A stretch of DNA of 63,698 nt, counting the filler, from Bigelowiella natans CCMP2755 (taxonomy: Eukaryota; Protista; Cercozoa): assembly GCA_000320545.1 (NCBI GenBank). It is 7 parts of 7 records of this genome, joined end to end, with 100 filler letters (N's around TTAATTAATTAA, not from the genome) between each part and the next. Parts side by side here need not be neighbours in the genome. Positions count along the whole stretch, not along the records: positions 37,040 to 51,591 come from ADNK01001229.1; positions 51,692 to 56,644 come from ADNK01002753.1; 5 more parts are not named here. The stretch is one strand, 5' to 3'. The notes under the pieces are model-generated. The model ran no database searches. It had not been told where the DNA came from and saw only the letters and a program-made list of their open reading frames with translations. A program made the position numbers and the translations under genes. Shown here piece after piece: positions 43,270 to 56,274 of the stretch (positions are counted from its first letter, which is position 1; every line of letters begins with the position of its first letter).

Positions 43270-43557
43270 ATGGCAGCCAACCGCAATTTTGGCGCGCGGT
43301 TCGCTCGAGCGAGATCTGGAGGCTGCTCTTGCACGCTTCCTATGGTCGTACAGTACTGCCTCCTGGCCACGCTCTTCCTTATGATCGTCTTTGAGTACAG
43401 AATGGGTTCGTGACGTAACCAGAGAGGACAAAATAAATCCGGGACTGAATGGCCATCATCGTGAGCGTTGGGCTGTAAGGGGGGAGGATAGTCGAATCAC
43501 TAGGGCCCATAGTTTCATTAAATCAAGTTTCTGAAACTCAGGAGTGCCACGCATACA

Positions 43558-43592
<35 letters not shown>

Positions 43593-44456
43593 ACTTTTCA
43601 ACGGCCTGGGGTCTTATCCGGTTTCATCCACATCAGTAATGGCGATGACTAGTGACACCCAAGTAGACGTTGCTGTGGAAGATAGTACAGCTCCCCACCC
43701 TCCTATCAAGATGCAACCACGAGCCCCAAAAGTCGAGTCGAAGCACAGAGGAGCACTGCCGGTGAAGGCACCGGACATAGCGAAAATCGGCGTCGAGGTG
43801 ATCTTGAAAGAAAGACGACGAACAATATGATGGATACATATAGAGCATAGCGGTTTAGCGGACTATCAAACGAACGAGCCAACGGATGAGAGAGCTGCAA
43901 ACAAGCGGCTTCTTTCGCTACGCACGCAATGCTAACACAGAATCTTCCGACTGAAGCTCGAGGAGGGATAGATAGCCTGCGAATACAATCACTCGCTCAT
44001 ACGCATGCACATTCAGAAAAGGGAGAGAGGGAGAGAATATACAATGCATCTGTCAGCTCTCAAAATTTTACTCGAAAAACTAATCGCAGAGAAACAAAGA
44101 GGGGCCACTCCAGCATGGACCTTCAAACCTTTGCGTGCATCCCAAAGGCGGAGGCATGGACGTCTCTGTCAGTTTTGCATGAAATATATCGGAGACGAAA
44201 AAATAAACAGGAGGCGGGGAGGGAGGGGGTTATACCAGGCTATTGTCTTCATCCTTAGTTACTTGTGCTTCTCGTAGGAAAACAATCAAGTGATACTGTT
44301 TGAAGGATGCTTTGGAGAGAAGAGAATAAAGTAGCATTAGCACCACAACCACCACCACCATCAGCGGCAGTAGCAGTAGTAGCAGTGCAGTAGCAGTAGT
44401 AGAAGACGAAGGGCAGTTGTGCTTCCCTAATTAGTAAATAAAAAAAGGATCTTTAC

Positions 44457-44492
<36 letters not shown>

Positions 44493-44686
44493 TCATGAGG
44501 TGTTCTTGTTGCTGTTTGATCGAATCTAGCTTCGTGTGGACCGATGCTGGAGAGCTGATGCATGCTCTGAGCAAGAAATGTCTTGTCCCTGGTGCGCTGT
44601 GTTCAGGCGGATTGCGAATAATCCGATCTGTGCGATTGATGCCTTCTCCAGCACTTGTTTGCTCCCTTTTCTCCTGTGTATTCTTG

Positions 44687-44736
<50 letters not shown>

Positions 44737-45674
44737 TGTGTGTGTGTGTGTGTTATCGTTTCTTGCCGCATTGTTTATGGCATGATGTGGACCATTATTA
44801 TTCTCAACTGAGTCAATAATAATAATAATAACAAGCACGGGAGGTTAGGAACGGAGTTCCGTTGGTTCTTTCCTCAAACTGCGCGAAGGTGTGTGTACAG
44901 ACGGGGGAGGGGGGGGCAGGGATGGGGGGAAAGCACGGCCTCCTCTTCTAGTTTGGAACCTCGATACGTTAACAGAGAATGAGATGAAACGCTATAATTA
45001 TTAATCATTTTAGAGATATGCGTGTGCGTGTGTGTGTGTGTGTAGAGTACACATCACGTATTATCATAAAAAGACAAAACACAATCGCGCCCTGAGATTT
45101 AGCACGTCGTTTCCCCCCATCCTTCCCTACCGCTCCAGAGCAAATTCGAGCTCAGCGACGACGGCGATGTCCGCCATGTACCTTCAAATATGTGCTTACA
45201 CGTGGAGGGAGGCATGAGAAGCCCAAGGTAGTTGTTGTAGCCGTTTGCTGATCGCTTGCGTACTCTTTCTAGTTGGCCTACTTTCCTGATGAGTCGCTGC
45301 TGTATCGATTTCTATCAGCCCTGGGACCTCAATTGTCTTGTTCAATCGATGCGGTAGGACGAATGAGAGGAGGAGGGAGGGGGGGGGGGGAGAAAACAAC
45401 AGCAAGGGGTTGTTTGGTCTTAGAAGGCCTCGGAGCCTGTATGATGCGATGTTGATGATGATGATAATGAATGATTATGATGATGGTAATAATAATGGTG
45501 ATGATGATGATGATGATGATGATGATTATGATGGTGGTGGTGGTGTTGATGTAGGCTTGGAAAGGAATCAATTTCTACTGGTCACCCAGGAACCGATCAA
45601 TGGTGAAAAATAAACAAATAAATAAAATGAAGAAATAAATGTCCTGCGAGTCTTGTGATATCTGTGTGCGAGTA

Positions 45675-45732
<58 letters not shown>

Positions 45733-47109
45733 TGTGTTTATCCAGTCGGCAAAAAGCTAGGAGTACCGAAGATTGTAGCGCCGTCGGAAAGGCCAAAACG
45801 CGTGGCGGTATCTATTCTCATCACCAAAGATCCGGGACCGAAGGTGCAGCGACGACGCATGAAAGAGATAGAACAATAGTAGTAACACACAACCATCCTG
45901 AGGTGTAAGGAAGGAGGAAAATACGGATGCGATCTTGAATTCATGACATCGATATTCTTGCTGGTTTTTCATCATTACAGAGCGGCTTCGTCGATTCGGC
46001 TGCTACGCTAGTCCAATCCGTTATGTATGTGAATTGAACAAGAAGAAGAAGAAGAAGAAGAAGAAGAAGAAGAAGAAGAAAGAACCAGGCGTCTTGCTCA
46101 CACGCCAGTTTTTCCTTTTCGAGAGGGCGCTTTGCAATGTCACAATGTCATTAAATACTTCAAAGAGAAGGAGTGAGAAGAAGTGTATAGCATGGCCATA
46201 ATCCCGATCATGAGATCTCCTTAAAATACTCGTGCACGCCCTTCCTTAAAAGATAGCAATACAACACCATTAAGTTGTACGAATAGAAAAGAGTAAGACT
46301 CCCCCCTCCCCCCCCCTCCCCCCTTCCTCCTTCCCCGAAAGGCGAGCGAAGAGCCGGTATCATATAGAACTCGTCGCCATTGTCTCCAAAGGTGCGTGTG
46401 CGCGCACATGTAAATCATGCGAATAGAGAGAAGAAGAAAGGGCAGGAAAGCTTGTGTAGGAGGCGGTGTAAATCCGTCGGGAGGAAGATGTCATGTCGCT
46501 ACTCCCCCCCCCCCCCCCCCCTTAACCCCTCCCCCCTTTACAGAGGTGCAGAAATGCCGATACGCGCTAGAGCGGATGGGGTACCGAATACTTGAGAAAG
46601 AGCTCCCTGTGACTCCTGAGGAGATCAGGAATCCTCAAATCGCTCGAGAAATCGTCACCGACGGTGGGTTAGCACAAACACGCAATGCACGCGGGCACAT
46701 CTATTCGTTTTACATTTTTTTCCTTTTTTTTTTAAATATTTGCTGAATTGTGCTGCCGGTTCTCGTATTCGGTTGGTGGAAAATCTGCCCGTCTTTGCTG
46801 TTGTTTCTTCTTCCATCTCCTCCTCTTCCTCCTCCTCTTTCTACTCCTCATTGCTTTTCTGGGTGATAACACAAAAACTACAAATCAGGTTGCTGCGGCA
46901 TATGGGAGCTGTTGAAGCTGCACGCATGGAAGCTTACTGAGTACTACTACTACTGCTACTATTGCTGCTGCCGATAATGATAATAATAACAGTAATGATG
47001 ATGATGAGGATGATGATATAATATAAGAGTTCTGCTGAGTGACCACAGCAGCGACAACAACACCAACAACATTATATCGGTAAGGGAAGGTTGTGGAGAG
47101 AGCGATGCT

Positions 47110-47149
<40 letters not shown>

Positions 47150-47241
47150 CCCCCTCCTCTCTCCGTGTGTGTGTATGTGTACATGCAATGTAATCTTCCG
47201 CGCGCGTGTGCTTTTCCATAGAGGAGCTCGTTCGTAAGCAA

Positions 47242-47278
<37 letters not shown>

Positions 47279-47637
47279 AACAACAAAAGCATGGCGCGCT
47301 CACACGTGGTGCTTTCCGCAGGTACGATCGCGTATTGCAGGTGGACTCGGATATCATGTTCCACAGGAACTTCGACGAGCTCTTCGAGTACGCTCCTCAT
47401 AGGAAACACGCATTTTCATCTTAGATCACAATTACGATTTCGAGGACGTTTGTGACGGCGCTGAGAACAGAGAATAATAGCCGTGCTGCCTGCTGCCTGC
47501 TGCCTGCTGCCTGCTGCCCAACCGCAAAGCTCCTAATCGAGCATATTGTTGTTGTTGTTGTTCATTTGCTACTTACCGCAGGTACGATACGACGTTGGTG
47601 TGGACGCACGGAGCACTAGGAGGGTAGGGTGTTTGCA

Positions 47638-47678
<41 letters not shown>

Positions 47679-47700
47679 TTATACACACACACACACACAC

Positions 47701-47742
<42 letters not shown>

Positions 47743-48019
47743 TGCTCGCAGCATTTGGACACGCAAGGAATATGCTTCCAACAAATGCGCGACTGTCATC
47801 TCATGTGATAATTGATTCCTCCTCCTCTCCCCATCCTCATCTTCATCTGTTTCGTCGGTTCTTCTTGCTGTTATTTTCTGTTATTCGTCTTCGATGCTTG
47901 CGCCAGGCGCGGATGGCGAGGAAAGTGTTGCTGGGTATACGGCGGTCGTACGATTCAAGGAATCGTTCCCTACTACTATCTTTACGATAAGGTGGTGTGA
48001 GGGGGGGGGTGAGAGAAAT

Positions 48020-48059
<40 letters not shown>

Positions 48060-48351
48060 GTTATATGTTGATACGATAACACACGCACGAGAGGACGCAT
48101 GCTTCTAATTTAGTTTATGATGCAACACCCACCCACACGGGGAAGTGGCGCGCGCATTGTCCATGGCCCATGATGACGGCTGTGATGACGACTTATGCTC
48201 TGTTTCGTTTGTAGACGGAAGATCACTACGAGGTGGATCGGTGCAAATACAACAACATGGTCGAAATAGACAGGTCGTTCGTCTTTTATTCTCATAATCT
48301 CCTCCCCCCCCGCCTCCCCCCCCCCACTTCCTGGTAGATGTTCCTCTCTCT

Positions 48352-48395
<44 letters not shown>

Positions 48396-48821
48396 ATCGT
48401 ACAAATCATCGTCGCCATCGTCCAGGTGTAAAACGTGGAGATTCTCCAACGTGTCCTCCAATCACTTCACCGTCTGCCAGGTTATAGTTGTGTGGGAGGA
48501 GGAGGGGGGGGAGGAGGAGGCGGGGGGGGGGGGGGGGGGGGGGGGGGGATCCGGGGTGAAGGAGGGGGGGGGCGGGGGGTAGAGGGGAGTAGGGGGGTGT
48601 TTTGGGCGAAAAGGGTGCGGTGAGGAGGAGGAACGCTGGGGGTGGGGGGGGGGGGGGGACAAAAACCACGAGACGACAACGAAGACCGTACTGATGAAAT
48701 TCCGCTTGCTTAGCGCTAATAGTGTCGTCAGTCTTACTAATATGTTGTGTTTGGGTGGGGGCAGAAACCCTGGCATTGCGCTCACACATCAAACCAACTG
48801 TGCAACGCCTTCACGAATGCG

Positions 48822-48858
<37 letters not shown>

Positions 48859-49161
48859 CACCGCCCCTTTCTGTTATGACTTCCGATTGAACAGCTCTCT
48901 TTCTTCCCGCAGCTTTTGCGACACGAACGATATGCTCTTCTGCGTGCTGTGCCTTGCTTCTTTTCGCTGTCTTCCTCCTCCTCCTCCTCCTCCTCCTCCT
49001 CCTCCTTACCCATTGGTTGTTCGTTCAGGTGGTGGGAGAGAAGCGTGGAAGTAGAGAAGGCGTTAGGCCTGCAAGCCCGGAGGAGATGCCGAGGGGGCTA
49101 TCAGGCGATTGATTGGAACTCGGTCCCTGAAGATGTCGTTTTGTATAAGCCGAATCATTAA
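43270..49161 (+). CDS. type II membrane GT8-family glycosyltransferase with a ricin-B-like lectin region
   Basis: N-terminal TM VVQYCLLATLFLMIVF; lectin-like FVWTDAGELMHALSKKCLVP and KFELSDDGDVRHVPSNMCLHVEG; GT8 core FVDSAATLVQSV, GCCGIWELLKLHAWKLTEYDRVLQVDSD (DxD), TIQGIVPYYY, DRCKYNNM and HFTVCQKPW; TAA at 49161. Confidence 0.85.
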
Positions 49162-49262
49162 TTTGGCTCGATATCGTTGCACATACATTCACACAAATGT
49201 GAGTCATAGCTTTGGACTACATGGACACCATGGCGTCATTGCGCACGCAGCCGACAGCATGC

Positions 49263-49370
49263 TATGAGACGGATGCAATCTAGCAATGCGATAATAATTA
49301 CATTTTTTCAATGTTCACCGGTACTAACTAGCTACTATGCAGCTGTGCAACGCTGCGGCTACAGCGCTAT
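49263..49370 (+). repeat. dispersed ~85-nt intergenic element, copy 4 (with small insertions)
   Basis: TATGAGACGGATGCAAT...TTTTTTCAATGTTCA...TATGCAGCTGTGCAACGCTGCGGCTACAGCGCT. Confidence 0.7.
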
Positions 49371-49631
49371 AGCTAGATTGCTTGATAATTATGTACCACA
49401 TGACACTCATGTGTTATGCTAGCATGTACATGCACATCTAGCTAGCTAGACAAGCCACGCGTGAGATGCAGCACGAACGCTGCCTCGTTGCATTGGCAAC
49501 CCTTCATTTATTTATTAATTTATTTCCTGATGTGATGATGACGATTTACACACACACGGAGTCCATAAGCCCTCTCCCACCTACATGCCATGCAGTAGAC
49601 AGCGGAGCTGCTTGTGAGGGCGGCGTCTTCC

Positions 49632-50545
49632 TCAGCTACTAGATCTAAGTTGCTTTGACCTTTCAATGGCACTACCCACCGCCGCACTGAGCGCCTTGAT
49701 CTTGGCCAGGAGCTGCTTTTTCTCCTCGGCCGGCATCTTCGCCCCCCCCGCCTTCAGCTGCGCAAGGAGCTGCATCATGAGGTTCTTCTTCGTCTGGATC
49801 TCCTTCACCAGCAACTCGCTTTGGAGGCTGTTGGCGCCGCTGTTCTTGCTCTTGTTCTTGTTGTTCTTCTTCGCGGGCGAGGTTGATAACGACGACGGTG
49901 CATCCTGACGGCGCCGGGTCGTAGGAGCAAGTACTCTTTTGGTGGGAAGGGACGGAGTAGAGGTAGAGGCAGCAGTAGTAGTAGCAGCAGCAGCAGCATC
50001 GTTTCCTCTGCTGCTGCTGCTACTGCTACTACTGGCGCTGCGCCTCCTCACCACAACAATGCAAGGCGTCTTCTTCTTCTTCTTCTTCTGCTTCTTCTTC
50101 ACCACAGGTACGGTGCTTTGCGGTTTATGCTCTATTCTCCTGGCGGCCGAGTGCTGGTGGGGGGGGTGGGGGGGGTGCGCTTGCGATCCGTCAGGGGCAA
50201 GATTGCGTGTCCTCTTCCGCAGTATGAGCTCTTTTCGAGGACCTCCCTGCCGTTTTCTCGTGCCGCCTCCCATGTGGTGGGCAGAGGCTGCGGAGAACGA
50301 CGATGAAGAGGAGGAGGAGGGCGCCGCTTGGCCGTGGTAGTGTTGCTGTTGTTGATGTTGGTGCGCTGGCGAGGCAGCTGAATGGATTCTGATCGATCGG
50401 TCTCCTAGGACAGGACGGCGCGAGTCAAGAGCACGTTGCGCCTCCCCCGCGGTTGCGTACATTATGCTTGCTCTCTAATGATGGGGATAACGACGATAGA
50501 AATAGAGGTAGTAGAGAAGATGGAGAGGAGGGAGGAAGGGAGGGA

Positions 50546-50589
<44 letters not shown>

Positions 50590-50818
50590 AAAATGGAGGG
50601 AGGGGGGGGGGGAATACGTATACGGAAATTCTTTTCTCAATATAAAACGATGACACACTATTAAGAAAAAAAGAAATATGCTTTAATGTAACACATATAA
50701 TGTATCTTGTACGCACGCAAACGAACAACGGGCACAGACGCATGGCCGGGCGCCTTAAACAGTGGTAAATTAATAGTAATTAAATAAATAAAAAAAAAGT
50801 ATAATAATATGCACATAT

Positions 50819-50871
<53 letters not shown>

Positions 50872-51231
50872 TATACAATTTATTTCAAGACCAAAACTAT
50901 TGCTACGCCTACGGTCGTCTCTCGACTCAATCGTCACAACAATCAAATTTGGAGAGGAAGAGGAAGAAGAAGAAGAAAAAGAAGAAAACCATGGTGTTCT
51001 CCAGTCGAAAAACGCGCACATGTATCATTTGGCGAAGAAGAAATTAATGCATTTCACACCTCTCTTAAAGGGAAAATTTCCATCATGTGTCGTCTCACAT
51101 ATCGATTACATAACAAGGTAAAATACGCTGATGCACGATTCATCGTCGTAGTCGTGGTCGTTATCATCGTCATTTATCATGATCATTACTAATCATTACT
51201 ATACTCGTAGGAAAGAGCGCGCGTGCGCACG

Positions 51232-51262
<31 letters not shown>

Positions 51263-51591
51263 CACCACCACCACCACCAAAATCAGAATTATCATCATCT
51301 TTACTATTATCTATCACAATCGCACAGATACAAACGTCGGCTGCCGCGGCATTGGCGTTGGCAGGGTGAGCACCACCTTTCTCTCCTTGATGACATTCAC
51401 TCGCACGACGCTGCCGAACTGCCCGAAGTGCATGGAGAGTGCTTGCATGTTGTTCAAATGGGGTGGGATGTTGATCACTTCGATGGATCGCTGCTGTTGG
51501 TGCTGCTGCTGTTGGTGCTGCTGCTGCTGCTGAGGAGGCCTCCCAACCCTTCTTTCAAATTATCAAGGGATGCGAATTTGATGAAACCAAT
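49632..51591 (-). CDS. RBM26/RBM27-like RRM RNA-binding protein, 3' part
   Basis: RSIEVINIPPHLNNMQALSMHFGQFGSVVRVNV and ASIMYATAGEAQRALDSRRPVLGDRSIRI form an RBM26/27-type RRM; C-terminal coiled coil; 5' part lost in gap. Confidence 0.75.
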
Positions 51592-51691
51592 NNNNNNNNN
51601 NNNNNNNNNNNNNNNNNNNNNNNNNNNNNNNNNNNTTAATTAATTAANNNNNNNNNNNNNNNNNNNNNNNNNNNNNNNNNNNNNNNNNNNN
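51592..51691. other. artificial contig spacer
   Basis: N44-TTAATTAATTAA-N44. Confidence 0.97.
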
Positions 51692-51765
51692 TGTGTGTAT
51701 GTGTGTGTGTGTGTGTGTGAAGGTGGGGAGGGGAGAGACTGGGACTAGACATGTCCGTTACACAC

Positions 51766-51811
<46 letters not shown>

Positions 51812-51879
51812 GAGAAAGCGAGAGAGAGAGCAAGAGAGTATATAATCATAAGAAGTCTTCCAATGTTGTTGTTGTTGTT

Positions 51880-53331
51880 CTTCTTCTTCTGCTTGCTCTT
51901 TTTACCTTGACACAATCCCTTATCACTGGAAAGGTGTCCGGTCTTCGAGCTTCCCGCAATCATTCACACCACCAACAATCAGTGGATGGAGCAAGCATGT
52001 TCTCTCGCTCACATGCTATGCTAATAGCATTTTGACAGCAAAAAAGGTCGCGTGGTCTTGTGGAATACGGTTTGTATCGTGGCGGCATCACACACACAAA
52101 CACACAAACACACACACACATACACACATACATACAACACACATACATAAACAATGTCGGTAGATTGATTCCATACCTTCCCTTCGTTTTAGTCGAGCGA
52201 TTTTCTTCTTTTGGCGGGGAGTCATCAGCACTTCTGGCATCGTCTTCTTCCCCAAATTGCGATGAATAGACCCTTTCTCTCCTCTCCCTCCTCTTTCTTC
52301 TTCTTCAAATACTGCAGATGACGATTCTTCTTTCTCGCAGTTGTCCGCGTCATCATCCTGGTTGAGCTTCACGGCCCAGTTCGGCATTTTAGCAGGAACC
52401 TAGTGAGGATTTGATGAGACACCAAAGGTTACGACGAATACTTTACGATATGACTGCGGGTGGGGACGTCCACGTGATTATGACTGATAATTGAATATGA
52501 ACGTTCCAAACCGATTGCTTTGAAGACGTTGCAGCAGCTTTTGTCGCGGCAGATGCTGTACCGAAAGCACCATCTGCGAGGGCGTTGCGGGATCCAGCAC
52601 GCCCATGTTTCACCACCGATTGGTCGCAAGTAGTCGAAAGCGACGCGGCGCGATTCGTGCGTTGCTCTGCGGTGGTTGGAGCAAATTCCTCAGACCCGAA
52701 GTCCACATCCTCGAAGCCAGGGAGGGTGAGAGCCTTCTTCGTCCCCAAAGGAGAAGAGGCGTGGCCACGACTCGGTATGTTGAATCCTGCGGCAAAAAAA
52801 GGTTGTTCTTGTGACGCACTCCACGACGTGGGAAACATGTAGCGCGCGGAGCAATACCTTGGGCATGGCTATTCGCTTGCTTTTGCCCGCGCCGCAACCG
52901 CTCCGACAGTGTCGACCTTTGAACCGCTCCTGCGTCCTCAAGGAAGACGCCTAGATAATAACAGTCATCTGTAGCTCAATAATTGGGAAACATACCATCA
53001 CGCGCATACACGTGGGACGTCCTCCTTTTTAGAATGCAGGTGATTATTATGCAAATGTAAAGCAACTGTGGTGTTAAATTCTGTACAACTACTGCACGAA
53101 TCTACACCAGATGAAGCTTACAGGTCATAAGCGCGAGAATGAAGGCCACAGCCGCATGGATGCACCAACTGCAGCGACGGCGATGGCGACACAATCCGAA
53201 GCAGCCCAGAGAAACATCGATCTGGCCCCTGTCCGCCCCCCCGCCTAGATACCGCAACATCCGAGAAATATCCCACCGTCCGCTTCTCCGATGCTTGCGG
53301 GGCTGTAGATGAGGTCACTGGTAGGCTCCAT
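51880..53331 (-). CDS. multi-exon hypothetical protein (5' part)
   Basis: Open, GT-AG-bounded exons ...LTLPGFEDVDFGSEEFAP...SKQSVWN|VPAKMPNWAVKLNQ...KKKIARLKRRE; no recognised family; ends uncertain. Confidence 0.4.
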
Positions 53332-53754
53332 GGTCGGCACGATCCCCCCCCCCGAGCCGAGAGAGGAGAGCCTCATCTGCCGACGAAATCCCTGCTCAGC
53401 TGGCTGGAAAATCAAAAATTAAACGATGTTTTTCGGGAATTTCGCCAAATCATACGCGGTAGTTGCAAGCAAAGTTCACAGTTCCAGAAAATCTGGTCCC
53501 GTCTTCCAAATCAACTGGTGAGAACTAGTAGCCATCAAATTCCTCAGAATTACCTTAAATGCAGCGGGGTAGTCGGAAGACGATTGCAAGAAATCCCCTG
53601 CGTTCCAATGTCGTCGGGGCAAGAACAATCCAAAATTTACCTAAATTTGGTGTCAAAGCCATTGTAACTCGCTCTCGTACAAATCGTTGTTCATTGTTCA
53701 TTGTTCATTGCTCTCCCCCTCTCGTGACTTATTCCAGTGCAAAACTCGCGAAGT

Positions 53755-55830
53755 ATGATGTTGATGCAAAAACTCTCCCGACCTTCGGCCCTCTGTAGAG
53801 CCTTCTCGACGAAGATGGCGGACACTGGTAGGGTGGGGATACGTATGTATCTCGTAATTGCAGCATGGAAGCCTGATTTCTCTTCCTTTGGGTGCTCGTG
53901 AAGGCATCGAGATGAAGGCAGATAAGGTTTATGAGAGCGTTTCCAACTATTATGGCAAAGTTCTTTCGAGTTCTAAGGTATGTCGTAGATCAAGACTCAA
54001 ATCCACACATGCATAATCTGATACCGCGGGAAACATATCCCATCCCCCCCCCCCCCCCCGGTCCTAATACTATTTAGGACTTAAAGACAAGCGCGTGCAC
54101 GACTTCAATGCGCCCGTCCGAGGAAGTCATTGAGGTTCCAAACTCTGATGCTATCATTGCGTACATATTGACTGCGAAACGAAGTTCAGATGGCCATTCG
54201 CCTTTGTGCCTTACTTACTTCCCACACCCATTCCAGGCTCTAACGAGGGTTCCTAGCACAATCAAAGATCGTTTTTATGGATGCGGTAATGATGTCGTTG
54301 AAGTAGTACTTATGATATGATTCGAATGAACGGGGAGAGAGTGTTGGGGGGGCTAAGGGATTGCTAAACCTGCCCTTATTGAATGACCTCGCGCTAATTC
54401 TGCAACGTGATGGTAAGACTCCTGTGTGTGTGTGTGTGTGTGTGTGTATGTTAACTTTAATTTATTCAAAAAGGTACCCCGCTCCCACAGGGAATCACTG
54501 GTATTTCCTTACATCTTCCTCCCTTCTATATCCTTGAATCGAGAAGATGATTGTCTCCACTTGCCCCCGCCCTCCTACTGGTATCAGGCCTGGACTTACT
54601 TGATTTGGGCTCTGGATCTGGTATTCTAAGAGATATGAGATCACTTTTTCAATCGCATGTGCTGTCTTTCGAATGGGCAGTGTTGGTTACTGAAAAGACA
54701 TGTGATTGTGAATGCTTCAAGGTCGGGACTGCTACGTCGCTGCGGCGATGGTTGGGCCGAACGGGTGAGAGGATGATGATGATGATTTGTATGATTATTA
54801 TGATTCTTACTCGCCTTGCACACATGGGAATGGATCTTTCTGCCCACCCTCGTGGAAGATACCATTCTGGCAATCGATGGCGATCTATTGCAACACGAAC
54901 GTCCAATTTTCGATTCATCATCAACAGACGATGTTGGTTGTGTTTGCTAGGAGCGTCACCGGCGTTGATATGACGGACGAGCAGCTGGAGGTGATCAGCG
55001 CGTGTGTGCGTATGTGTTTGTTTGTCTGTATCTGTGCGTGTGCGCGCGCGCATGTAAATTCAAACTTGTGCATCAGTATAAGATTCAATACGTGGGTTAT
55101 CGGCCTCTATCATGTGTTTTCTAAAGCGCCGTGATTCTTCTCCGACCCCTCCTCCTCACTATCATCCCTCTTATCACCACCACTATCATCGTCATCATAA
55201 TAGCTGTTCATATCTTCGTATTATATATGTTTACATATATATATATATATATATATAGGTCGCAAGCAAGTTTGTCCCTGAGTATATGGATACACTTGGG
55301 TACAAGGTGACACCGTTTTGCCACGGAATGGGTATCAGAGAGAGGGGGGGAGAGAGAAGGAGCAAGCACTTAGAAAGGCTCTTGGAGCTAGATAGAAAAG
55401 CGCATTCCTATTGCATTCTTCAAGCTGCTGCGCAACAACAGCAACAGCTGCTTTCTCAATAACGCTATTCGTACTGCGTGCCTTTTATGTGTATTTGTTC
55501 TTCCCCGTGCAGACCTCAAATCTAAAGTTTAAGAAAGGGTATATCGAGTTTCTCAAGGTTGCGTACGCGCGCTAGCAGTAGCATTACTACTTAGTGCTGT
55601 GTGATACTTGTAGTAAGTGGTAGTGCTAGCGTTTGTCGCAGATACTGCTACTTTCACCGGTTCCCTAAATACACTTTGAATCCTCTGAGTTCCGAGTCGT
55701 CGCTTGTCCCCTCTATCGTTACTTCCTCTCCATAGTTTTCCCTGACTTCCAAACAATACTGAGGCCGGGGGGGGGGGGGGTTTACGCACATGCATGGATT
55801 ATGCGGAGCCTAACATTCGATTGTGTATGT

Positions 55831-55862
<32 letters not shown>

Positions 55863-56274
55863 GCAGGATGCTGGAGGTTGTCTACACCACAATCCCCCCT
55901 CCCCCGTCATCTCTGTTGTTCTCTCCTCGCCCCCCACTCACGCCGCCCTGAAGTTAGCGCGCGAATATAGACCTGCACTTGCAGAGAAGCAATCCGCCGG
56001 CCGATTCAAATCCAGGGAGAGGAGTGTTTGCTTGTCAATTTCAAAATGATGCCGTGGTGAAGGGGGGGGAGTGGGAGGGGTATAAAAGCCTACGATCTGT
56101 ATGGCGTTTCGCGCCTAAGAGAAGAGATGTAGAGATTGTTATAAACATCGTGTGAGCTCTAGTGATATTTAAAAGAGATCTATTCTCCTCCCCCTCTTCT
56201 CCTTTCCCTCAGTCGAGCCTGAGAGCGTCGACATGGTCATCTCAAACTGTGTTATCAACTTATCTCCCAACAAG
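53755..56274 (+). CDS. AS3MT: arsenite methyltransferase, truncated by gap
   Basis: ESVSNYYGKVLSSSK|DLKTSAC...RFYGCG|TPLP...|LDLGSGS|GRDCYVAAAMVGPNG|SVTGVDMTDEQLE...KGYIEFLK|DAG|VEPESVDMVISNCVINLSPNK; SAM motif I and three conserved Cys visible. Confidence 0.93.
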
